A stretch of 64,000 nt of DNA from Candidatus Aenigmatarchaeota archaeon (lineage in GTDB: Archaea; Aenigmatarchaeota; Aenigmatarchaeia; CG10238-14), in NCBI GenBank assembly GCA_018920345.1, contig JAHLMN010000005.1:12255-76254 (forward strand), read 5' to 3'. A program made the position numbers and the translations under genes. The number at the start of each line of letters is the position of its first letter. Position 1 is the first letter of the stretch. Below are positions 1 through 7,566 of the stretch, one piece after another. The notes beneath the pieces are model-generated. The model was given only the letters and a program-made list of their open reading frames with translations, ran no database searches and had not been told where the DNA came from.

Positions 1-539
1 ACAAAAATGAAAAATTCTTTAAATTTTTACATATACCTGTTCAGTCTGGAAGCGACAAAATATTAAAAGACATGAGGAGAGGATACAAAGTAGAAGACTT
101 TTTATTTTATGTTAAAAGGTTTAGAGAAGAAATAGATTACATAACAATAAGTACTGATATAATAGTTGGTTATCCAACAGAAAAAGAAAAAGATTTTAGG
201 GATACAATTAAATTGATAAAAAAAGTAAAACCAGATGTTGTTAATTTATCTAGATTTACCCCAAGAAAAGGAACTTTGGCTGCTCAATTAAAACAATTAG
301 ACCCAAAGGTTGTTAATAAAAGAAGCCAGAAAATACATAAACTTGTTAGAAAAATACTTGAAAAGAAAAATAAAAAATGGGTTGGTTGGAAGGGAGAAGC
401 ACTAATAGATGAAAAAAATAAAAACATAACTACTGCTAGAAACATTTACTACAAACCTATAATTGTACAAGGAGATTTAGGTCAATTTAGACAAGTAGAA
501 ATAACTAAATCTTTTGCAAATTATTTTGTTGGAAAATAA
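1..539 (+). CDS. Radical-SAM methylthiotransferase (MiaB/MtaB/RimO family), C-terminal portion; 5' end lies outside the window
   Basis: Frame 3 is open from nt 3 and reads ...LHIPVQSGSDKILKDMRRGY..., a conserved motif of radical-SAM methylthiotransferases. It continues into tracked ORF 72-539, which has a TRAM-like C-terminus (IIVQGDLGQFRQVEITK). Confidence 0.7.
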   Translation, partial: KNEKFFKFLHIPVQSGSDKILKDMRRGYKVEDFLFYVKRFREEIDYITISTDIIVGYPTEKEKDFRDTIKLIKKVKPDVVNLSRFTPRKGTLAAQLKQLDPKVVNKRSQKIHKLVRKILEKKNKKWVGWKGEALIDEKNKNITTARNIYYKPIIVQGDLGQFRQVEITKSFANYFVGK

Positions 540-785
540 AAAATAAATAAAAAAGAATTCAACTCACTTACCAATCTTCGTCGTCAAAATCTTCGTCAAA
601 ATCTTCATCGTCACCGAAATCTTCATCGTCTTCCCAATCATCTTCCCTTCTTAAACCAAACAATGCTTTCACCTCTTGGTTTACTCATTTATTCTATTGG
701 ATAAAAGTATTTAAACCTTTATCATATTATTCATGAGTAATAAATTTGCTATTATTTTTTAAATCTTTTATCTAATAAAAATACA

Positions 786-1082
786 ATGAAGTTAACAAAA
801 ACTCAAGTTATGAAAAAATTAAAGGAATGTTATGATCCTGAAATACCTATAAATATTGTTGATTTAGGTTTAGTATATGATGTGAAAATTGAAGGAAAAA
901 ATGTTTATATAAAAATGACTTTGACTTCTATAGGATGTCCATTAGCAGGTTTTATATCAGAAGATATACAAAATAAAATAAAAGAGTTGGGAGCAGAAAA
1001 TGTAGAAGTTGAAATAGTTTGGGATCCTCCGTGGACTCCAGATAAAATGTCTAAGCAAGCGAAAGCAATTTTAGGAATTTAA
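786..1082 (+). CDS. DUF59/MIP18-family Fe-S cluster assembly protein (SufT-like)
   Basis: 98 aa with the characteristic DUF59 pattern: YDPEIPINIVDLGLVYDV...TLTSIGCPLAG... Confidence 0.7.
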   Translation: MKLTKTQVMKKLKECYDPEIPINIVDLGLVYDVKIEGKNVYIKMTLTSIGCPLAGFISEDIQNKIKELGAENVEVEIVWDPPWTPDKMSKQAKAILGI

Positions 1083-1223
1083 TTCCTTTTCCATTTCATT
1101 TACTTCTAATAAAAATCTATTGACAACTTTAGGTACATCTTTTTCTTCAACTCTAAAAATTTCTGCTATTTTTTTCAGAATTTCTTCCTTATTTTTTAAT
1201 TCTTGCCATTCTTTATAATTCAT
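1071..1223 (-). CDS. Small hypothetical protein (50 aa), possibly co-transcribed with the MBF1-like gene
   Basis: ATG-initiated minus-strand ORF MNYKEWQELKNKEEILKKIAEIFRVEEKDVPKVVNRFLLEVNEMEKELNS. It starts 26 nt downstream of the MBF1-like stop. It is too short for the ORF track and has no family signal. Confidence 0.25.
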   Translation of the reverse strand: MNYKEWQELKNKEEILKKIAEIFRVEEKDVPKVVNRFLLEVNEMEKELNS

Positions 1224-1249
1224 AAAAATAAAATTTGACAACAAATATT

Positions 1250-1681
1250 TTAATCTATCTTTGCGACATCACCTATGGTTAACTCAGCTTTTTTATAATC
1301 CTTTTTAGTGAAAGTTGAATCTATTTTTTGTAAAATTTTTATTCCAAGCTGTTTTTCTATCTTTTTTGCAATTTCAACTTCAGGTATCAATTCTTCTGAT
1401 TCAATTCTTCTTAAAATGTTTTCTTTAATTCTAATTTTTGAAGCAAAATCCTTTCTAGATAAATTGTTTTTTTCTCTAGCTTTTTTTATAATTTCACCAA
1501 AATTATCTATTAAATCATATTCTTCTTCCTTTATTTTTTCCTCTTTTACTTCTTCCTTCTTTTTTTCTAATACTATTTGCCCAAATGATGAACAATTTTT
1601 ACATACTTCTACAATTGCATCTTCAACCTTTATTTTTACAAGATCCTTTTCATCTTTTCCGCAAATAGTGCATTCTGGAAT
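1250..1681 (-). CDS. mbf1: MBF1-type transcription cofactor (N-terminal zinc ribbon plus C-terminal XRE-type HTH); start codon uncertain
   Basis: Minus-strand translation reads (L-I-K-G-V-F-I)PECTICGKDEKDLVKIKVEDAIVEVCKNCSSFGQIV...DLIDNFGEIIKKAREKNNLSRKDFASKIRIKENILRRIES...DYKKAELTIGDVAKID*. This is the archaeal MBF1 architecture (CxxC...CxxC then HTH). There is an in-frame TAA at 1700-1702 and no ATG/GTG/TTG before the first Cys, so the start may be ATT at 1679-1681. Confidence 0.65.
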   Translation of the reverse strand: MPECTICGKDEKDLVKIKVEDAIVEVCKNCSSFGQIVLEKKKEEVKEEKIKEEEYDLIDNFGEIIKKAREKNNLSRKDFASKIRIKENILRRIESEELIPEVEIAKKIEKQLGIKILQKIDSTFTKKDYKKAELTIGDVAKID

Positions 1682-1834
1682 AAAAACACCCTTTATTAAT
1701 TATATATATTTTTGAGAAAAAATTTAAACATAAACATATTTTAAATACTTTCTAAACAAAATTTATTAAATGAGGTTTTTTGGTGTTTATCGGATTGATT
1801 TTTTGTTTAATTAATAAAAAAAAGGTGATTTTCT

Positions 1835-4705
1835 ATGAATAATTTTAAAGAAATAGAGGAAAATATAAAAGATTTTTGGAAAAAAAATAATATACCTGAA
1901 AAAGTAAGAAAAGTAAATGAAGGCAAAAAAAAGTTTTATTTTCTTGATGGGCCACCTTACGCTACTGGTTATATTCATATAGGTACGGCATGGAACAAAA
2001 TTTTGAAGGATTCTTATATAAGATTTTGGAGAATGAAAGGTTATGATGTATGGGACAAACCAGGTTATGACACACATGGTCTGCCAATAGAAAATAAAGT
2101 TGAGCAAAAACTTGGATTAAAATCTAAAGGTGATATAGAAAGATTAGGAATAGAAAAGTTTAATCAAGAATGCAAAAATTATGCAACTCAATTTATTGAT
2201 ATAATGAATTCTCAATTTGAAAATCTAGGAGCATGGATGAACTGGAAAGAACCTTACTTAACATTGGACAATAATTATATAGAAGGTGGATGGTATACAT
2301 TTAAAATAGGTTTTGAAAAAGGCCTTCTATATAAAGATGTTTATCCTGTTCATGTATGCACACATTGTGAAACTGTAGTAGCTTATAACGAGATAGAATA
2401 TACTCAATTAACAGATCCTTCTATTTTTGTCAAGTTTCCTGTTTATGGAAAAGAAAATGAATTTTTAGTTGTATGGACAACAACACCTTGGACATTACCA
2501 TCAAATACCGGTATAATGGTAAAACCATCAGCTGATTATGTATATGTAAAAATTGGAAATGAAACATTAATAATGGCAGAATCAAGACTTCAATATGTCA
2601 TGGAAAAAGCGGGTTTAAGTGGATATAGAATAATAAAAAAAGTAAAAGGAAAAGATTTAGAAGGTTTAAAGTATGAACATCCATTAGTAGACGTATTTCC
2701 TTTTATCAAAAGACTCCAAAATGCACATAGAGTAGTTTTGTCTGAACAATATGTATCTTTAGAAGAAGGTACAGGTTTAGTTCACACAGCTCCTGGCCAT
2801 GGCCAAGAAGATTATAAGGTTGGTAAAGAAAATGGTTTGCCAATAGTATCTCCTTTAAGACTTAATGGAACTTATAACAATAATTGTGGTAGATTCTCAG
2901 GAAAATATGCCAAAAGTGCAGATGATGAAATAATAGAAGAATTTAATGTAAGAGGCTTGTTGTTGCATAAAGAAAAAATAACACATGAATATCCTAAATG
3001 TTGGAGATGCAGTACACCATTACTTTACATGGCTGTGCCACAATGGTTTTTCAAGGTAACTGCAATAAGACAAAAACTTTTAGAGGAGAATAAAAAAGTC
3101 AATTGGTACCCAGATTGGGCAGGAAAAAGATTTGAAAATTGGTTAGAAAATTTGGGTGATTGGCCTATATCTAGGCAAAGATATTGGGGTATACCGCTCC
3201 CTATATGGGAGTGCGAAAGATGTGGAAGAGTAAAAGTAATCGGTTCTGTTGAAGAACTTCCTGTTAAGCCAAAAGATTTACACAGACCTTATATAGACGA
3301 AATAGAAATAGAATGTGAATGCAAGGCAAAAATGAAAAGAGTTCCTGATGTTTTAGATGTTTGGTTTGATTCTGGTTTGGCAGGATGGGCAAGTTTGAAT
3401 TTTTCAAAAGATAAAAAATTATTTGAAAGATTATGGCCATGTGATTTGCAAATAGAGGGTCCTGATCAAATAAGAGGATGGTGGAATTCTCAGCTGATAA
3501 CAAGTGTTATAACATTTAATGAAAAACCATTTCAAAATATATTATTTCATGGTTTTGTTCTAGATGCTCATGGAAACAAAATGTCCAAAAGCAAAGGCAA
3601 TATAGTTCAACCAGAAGATGTCATAGAAAAATATGGAAGAGACGTTTTACGTTTTTATTTGTTATCAAGTCCAGCATGGGACGATTTCTATTTTAATTGG
3701 TCAGATACTGAAAATGTTGCAAGAACTTTGAATATTTTGAGAAATACTTTTGTCTTTATAAAAACTTATGTAACTAAAAAACCTGATAAAAAACCTGAAC
3801 TAAAAATAGAAGATAAATGGATATTGTCAAGAATAAATTCTATTTTAGAAGATTTTGATAAAAACATGCAGCAATATAGCCAATATAAATCCGTTCAAGC
3901 ATTACAGGATTTTATTTTGAATGATTTGTCAAGATGGTATATAAAACTAGTGAGAGATAGAGTATGGCCAACATATGAAGGAAAAGATAAAGAAGCAGCA
4001 TTTTACACTTTAATAAAAGTAAGTGAAATATTGCTAAAGATGCTTGCTCCTATTACTCCATTTTTAACTGAATATTATTATCAAGATTTGTTGAGAGATA
4101 AAAAATCACCAGAATCAATACATATGTTTTTGCTTCCAACACCTGACAAGAAAATAATAGATAAAGATCTTGAAAAATACATGATAATAGCTAAACAAAT
4201 ATTTGAGACTTCATCCGCTGTAAGACAAAAAGAAAAGTTAAAACTAAAATGGCCAATGAAAAGAATAATTATTATAACAGATGATAAAGAGGTAAAAGAA
4301 TCGGTAGAAAAATTAAAAGAAATTTTAGAATTTATATGTAACGTAAAACAAGTTCTAGTAGAGAAAAAATTACCTAAAGGAAAATTTTCAGAAGGTATTT
4401 TTGACAAAGGAAAATTATATCTTGATTTAGAAAGAGACGAAGAATTAGAAGCTGAAATGATTTTGAGAGAACTAATAAGATATATACAAGATATGAGAAA
4501 GAAAAACAAGTTTGTTATAAAAGATGAAATAATTTTGACAATAAAAACAGATCAAGACACTACAAAGATAATTGAAAAATATAAAGACAAGCTAAGAAAA
4601 GAAGTTGGTGCAGCTAGTATTGTTTTTAACAAATTGGAAGGAGCATTCAAAGGTAAGTTAGAGATAGAAGATGTTAAAATAGAACTAGCTTTTAACAAAA
4701 AATAA
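1835..4705 (+). CDS. ileS: Isoleucyl-tRNA synthetase (class I)
   Basis: PPYATGYIHIGTAWNKILKD (HIGH region), WDTHGLPIE, CWRCSTP zinc motif and KMSKS (GNKMSKSKGN). At 956 aa it is shorter than typical archaeal IleRS. Confidence 0.85.
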   Translation: MNNFKEIEENIKDFWKKNNIPEKVRKVNEGKKKFYFLDGPPYATGYIHIGTAWNKILKDSYIRFWRMKGYDVWDKPGYDTHGLPIENKVEQKLGLKSKGDIERLGIEKFNQECKNYATQFIDIMNSQFENLGAWMNWKEPYLTLDNNYIEGGWYTFKIGFEKGLLYKDVYPVHVCTHCETVVAYNEIEYTQLTDPSIFVKFPVYGKENEFLVVWTTTPWTLPSNTGIMVKPSADYVYVKIGNETLIMAESRLQYVMEKAGLSGYRIIKKVKGKDLEGLKYEHPLVDVFPFIKRLQNAHRVVLSEQYVSLEEGTGLVHTAPGHGQEDYKVGKENGLPIVSPLRLNGTYNNNCGRFSGKYAKSADDEIIEEFNVRGLLLHKEKITHEYPKCWRCSTPLLYMAVPQWFFKVTAIRQKLLEENKKVNWYPDWAGKRFENWLENLGDWPISRQRYWGIPLPIWECERCGRVKVIGSVEELPVKPKDLHRPYIDEIEIECECKAKMKRVPDVLDVWFDSGLAGWASLNFSKDKKLFERLWPCDLQIEGPDQIRGWWNSQLITSVITFNEKPFQNILFHGFVLDAHGNKMSKSKGNIVQPEDVIEKYGRDVLRFYLLSSPAWDDFYFNWSDTENVARTLNILRNTFVFIKTYVTKKPDKKPELKIEDKWILSRINSILEDFDKNMQQYSQYKSVQALQDFILNDLSRWYIKLVRDRVWPTYEGKDKEAAFYTLIKVSEILLKMLAPITPFLTEYYYQDLLRDKKSPESIHMFLLPTPDKKIIDKDLEKYMIIAKQIFETSSAVRQKEKLKLKWPMKRIIIITDDKEVKESVEKLKEILEFICNVKQVLVEKKLPKGKFSEGIFDKGKLYLDLERDEELEAEMILRELIRYIQDMRKKNKFVIKDEIILTIKTDQDTTKIIEKYKDKLRKEVGAASIVFNKLEGAFKGKLEIEDVKIELAFNKK

Positions 4706-4734
4706 TATAAACAAGCTTTCTAAATATTAATCAT

Positions 4735-5178
4735 ATGCCTAATACTACAGTAAAAGATGTAATGAATCCTAAGGTTGTTGTTGCTAAACCTCAGGCTACC
4801 ATAAAAGAAGCAGCTGAAATAATGTCTCAATTAAGAATAGGATGTTTATTGGTAATGGAAGATGAAAAAGTTATAGGTATAGTTACAGAAAGCGATATAA
4901 TAGGAAAAATTGTTGCAAAGAAAAGAGATCCAGAAAGAGTTACTGTTGATGAAATAATGACAAAAAATATAATTTCTACAACACCTGATGAAACTTTGGA
5001 TGAAGCTGCAGAAAAAATGGTAGAAAATAAAATAAAGAGATTGCCTGTCTTAGATGGAGGTAAGCTTGTTGGCATAATCACAGCTACAGATTTAATATCT
5101 TTTGAGCCAAAAATGATTGAGACTTTAAGTGAGCTTTTTTCAATGAAATCTCAAATAGGTAGAACTATTGCAGGTTAG
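4735..5178 (+). CDS. CBS-domain pair protein
   Basis: Two CBS-like repeats: VKDVMNPKVVVAKPQATIKEAAEIMSQLRIGCLLVMEDEKVIGIVTESDII and IMTKNIISTTPDETLDEAAEKMVENKIKRLPVLDGGKLVGIITATDLI. Confidence 0.8.
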   Translation: MPNTTVKDVMNPKVVVAKPQATIKEAAEIMSQLRIGCLLVMEDEKVIGIVTESDIIGKIVAKKRDPERVTVDEIMTKNIISTTPDETLDEAAEKMVENKIKRLPVLDGGKLVGIITATDLISFEPKMIETLSELFSMKSQIGRTIAG

Positions 5179-5761
5179 TTTTTATTGCAAACATTAAAGG
5201 ATTATCTAAAACATCTATAGAATTTTTTACTTCTTTTTTCAAAATACTTTCATCTATAGGGCAATCTATCTGTTTTAGTATATCAACCATCAATAAATTT
5301 ACAAATTCATATGGATTAATATTAGAAAAATCACCATCTTTATTTACAGAAACATCGTTTTTTACTTTTAATTCTCCATAAATTGAAAGACTTTCGCTTC
5401 TCAAAATTTCTCTATTCTTAACATTTATCATTTCAAAAGAGAAATTAAAAGGAATTTTATCTTCTAAATAAACTATTTTTGTTAATTTAAGCATACCTAC
5501 AATAACTGCAATCGTTCTAACTATATCCACTTCTTTTTTAAGAAAAATTAATTCTTTATATTCTATAATACCTTTTGAAGTTATAGTTGCAGTCGAGCCT
5601 GCTTTTTTATCATTGAAGTTAATATGATCTTCAAATAAAGTGTTTTTATTTAATATCAAAAACCAAGGTTTGTTTTTTATAATTTTTCTCTTAAAGTTAT
5701 CATCTATTTTTATATTAAATTCTTTTTTTGGTTTTACTGTTATTTTATAAAAAGATTTCAT
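5165..5761 (-). CDS. Hypothetical protein (198 aa)
   Basis: Long ORF with ordinary composition, overlapping the CBS gene end by 14 nt. No family recognised. Confidence 0.5.
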   Translation of the reverse strand: MKSFYKITVKPKKEFNIKIDDNFKRKIIKNKPWFLILNKNTLFEDHINFNDKKAGSTATITSKGIIEYKELIFLKKEVDIVRTIAVIVGMLKLTKIVYLEDKIPFNFSFEMINVKNREILRSESLSIYGELKVKNDVSVNKDGDFSNINPYEFVNLLMVDILKQIDCPIDESILKKEVKNSIDVLDNPLMFAIKTNLQ

Positions 5762-5802
5762 AGAAAATATTATTGTTATATTAATATTTAATAGGTTGTT
5801 GG

Positions 5803-5836
5803 AATTTATTTAAATATTTATACAATTAAATAAATT
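5803..5836. promoter_or_regulatory. Candidate ArsR operator: 11-bp inverted repeat (AATTTATTTAA / TTAAATAAATT) with a 12-bp spacer, ending at the arsR-like start codon
   Basis: Perfect 11-bp arms at 5803-5813 and 5826-5836, read directly from the sequence. ArsR/SmtB repressors typically bind imperfect dyads overlapping their own promoter. The AT-rich background weakens the call. Confidence 0.35.
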
Positions 5837-5837
5837 C

Positions 5838-6104
5838 ATGAAAAATGCAGCAAAGCTTTTTAAACTTTTGGGTGATGAGACAAGAATTAAAATCTTACAT
5901 TCTATTATGAAAAAAGAAAAATGTGTTTGTGAAATAATTGAAGATGTAAAAAAATCACAACCAACTATATCTATACATTTAAATAGAATGGAAAGAGAAG
6001 GTTTGTTAGAATCAGAAAGGAGAGGAAGAATGATAATTTATAGAATAAAAAAACCAAAAATAATAGATTTATTAAAAACAGCAGAGGTAATACTAAATGA
6101 ATGA
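5838..6104 (+). CDS. ArsR/SmtB-family winged-helix transcriptional regulator
   Basis: LFKLLGDETRIKILHSIMKKEKCVCEIIEDVKKSQPTISIHLNRMEREGLLESERRGRMIIYRI is the ArsR HTH pattern. Confidence 0.8.
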   Translation: MKNAAKLFKLLGDETRIKILHSIMKKEKCVCEIIEDVKKSQPTISIHLNRMEREGLLESERRGRMIIYRIKKPKIIDLLKTAEVILNE

Positions 6105-6471
6105 AGCACAAAAAGCTGTAATAATATTTTTTGTTTTAACATTTTTAATAATAGGAAGTCTTTATATAATTTACATAAACAAAAAACCAAAATATAATAA
6201 AAATGACATAATTTTCTTTTATGGAGTTACATGCCCTCATTGTAAGAATGTGGAAGAATTTATAAACCAAAATAATCTTGATTCTAAAATAAGTATAATA
6301 AAAAAAGAAGTATATTACAATCAAACAAATCTTTCTGAATTAATGAATTATGCTAAGAAATGTAACTTAAAAGAAGATCAAGTAGGAGTACCATTTATCT
6401 ATTATCAAGGTAAATGTTATATAGGAGATAAAGAATGTATAGAGTTGTTAAAGAGCTTAACAGGTGTTTAG
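6097..6471 (+). CDS. Membrane-anchored thioredoxin-fold protein with DsbA-type CPHC active site
   Basis: N-terminal TM helix (VIIFFVLTFLIIGSLYIIYI), then FFYGVTCPHCKNVEEFI...GVPFIYYQGKCYIGDKECIELLK. Cys-Pro-His-Cys is the DsbA catalytic motif. The start overlaps the arsR-like stop. Confidence 0.6.
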   Translation: MNEAQKAVIIFFVLTFLIIGSLYIIYINKKPKYNKNDIIFFYGVTCPHCKNVEEFINQNNLDSKISIIKKEVYYNQTNLSELMNYAKKCNLKEDQVGVPFIYYQGKCYIGDKECIELLKSLTGV

Positions 6472-6967
6472 AATGCTATGGTTAATAATAATACTCTTAA
6501 GTTTTAGACAAGTTGAGGCTGTTTGCCCTTTATGTACTGTTGCAGTAGGTGCTGGTGTTGGTTTGACAAGGTATTTTGGCATAGATGATTTAATAACAGG
6601 TACATGGATCGGCGCATTGATAATTTCAAGCTCTTTATGGATAATAGATTGGTTTGAAAAAAAGAAAATAAAGTTTTTTGCTATGAAACAAATAGTAATA
6701 GCATCTTTTTATTTAATAGTTCTATTACCATTATATTTTTCTGGTTTTATAGGACATCCAGGTAATACAATTCTAGGTGTAGATAAAATATTATTAGGAT
6801 GTTTATTAGGCACTATGACATTCATTAAAGCTATATTAGCTGATAAATATTTAAGAAAATTAAACAAAAACAAAGTTTTATTTCCATATCAAAAAGTTGT
6901 AATACCAATAGTTTTTCTGATTATTTCAAGTATTATAATTTATTTACTTTTAGGAATACTTTCATGA
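6464..6967 (+). CDS. Polytopic membrane protein with CPLC motif (possible redox partner of the CPHC protein)
   Basis: About 4 predicted TM helices, with CPLC after TM1 and an additional Cys in a later helix. Overlaps the upstream gene by 8 nt (operonic). Family not recognised. Confidence 0.5.
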   Translation: MFRMLWLIIILLSFRQVEAVCPLCTVAVGAGVGLTRYFGIDDLITGTWIGALIISSSLWIIDWFEKKKIKFFAMKQIVIASFYLIVLLPLYFSGFIGHPGNTILGVDKILLGCLLGTMTFIKAILADKYLRKLNKNKVLFPYQKVVIPIVFLIISSIIIYLLLGILS

Positions 6968-6974
6968 GGTGTTG

Positions 6975-7529
6975 AAAATGGATAAAGTAGATGAATTCAT
7001 AAAAAAAGTTGATAAGGTAATAAAAGAGAAAAAACTAGACTTGTCATCAGATGAAGACTTGAGCATAGGAATAATGAATCTAATAAGCATTGAAGAGCAT
7101 CTATTTTTTACAGCCAACAAGACAGGTAAAGACAAGTATTATGCTATGCTTAATGAAGTTAGAGAGATTAGAAAAAAGATGTTAAAGAAAATAATAAAAG
7201 ACTATGAAGGAGAAGTTTGGTGTATAAGCAAACACCTTTTAGCTGCTTCTATGAGATTAATGGAAGTGGGAACAAAACAGCTAAGTAAAGGTAACAAAAA
7301 AGAAGCAAAAGAATTATTTGAACACTCTTATCAGCTATATACAATGTTTTGGGGTTTAAATTTAGGTTTGATAGAAGCAAAAGATATAGATAAGAAAAAA
7401 ATTTTAGAAGAATCGAAAAAAGAAAATTATCTTTCAGAAGAATTAAAACCAGAAGACGAAGAAAAGAAAGGTTTTTTTACTAAGCTAAAAAAAGCATTTG
7501 AAAAGGCAATAGATTGTTGTAAAGAATAA
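6975..7529 (+). CDS. Hypothetical protein (start more likely ATG 6975 than tracked TTG 6969)
   Basis: 184-aa ORF MDKVDEFIKKVDKV..., charged and helical. No family recognised. Confidence 0.5.
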   Translation, partial: KMDKVDEFIKKVDKVIKEKKLDLSSDEDLSIGIMNLISIEEHLFFTANKTGKDKYYAMLNEVREIRKKMLKKIIKDYEGEVWCISKHLLAASMRLMEVGTKQLSKGNKKEAKELFEHSYQLYTMFWGLNLGLIEAKDIDKKKILEESKKENYLSEELKPEDEEKKGFFTKLKKAFEKAIDCCKE

Positions 7530-7566
7530 ACAACATTTTTAAAAAATTAAAGTATTATTATTTTTT

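Noticed and set aside
1308-1715. Tracked + strand ORF of 135 aa (low-complexity, Ser/Phe/Ile-rich).
   Set aside because: It is the antisense shadow of the MBF1-like gene on the minus strand and has no protein-like composition.
1811-2107. Tracked minus-strand 98-aa ORF.
   Set aside because: It lies entirely antisense to the 5' end of ileS. Composition is dominated by Phe/Ile/Tyr from AT-rich antisense codons.
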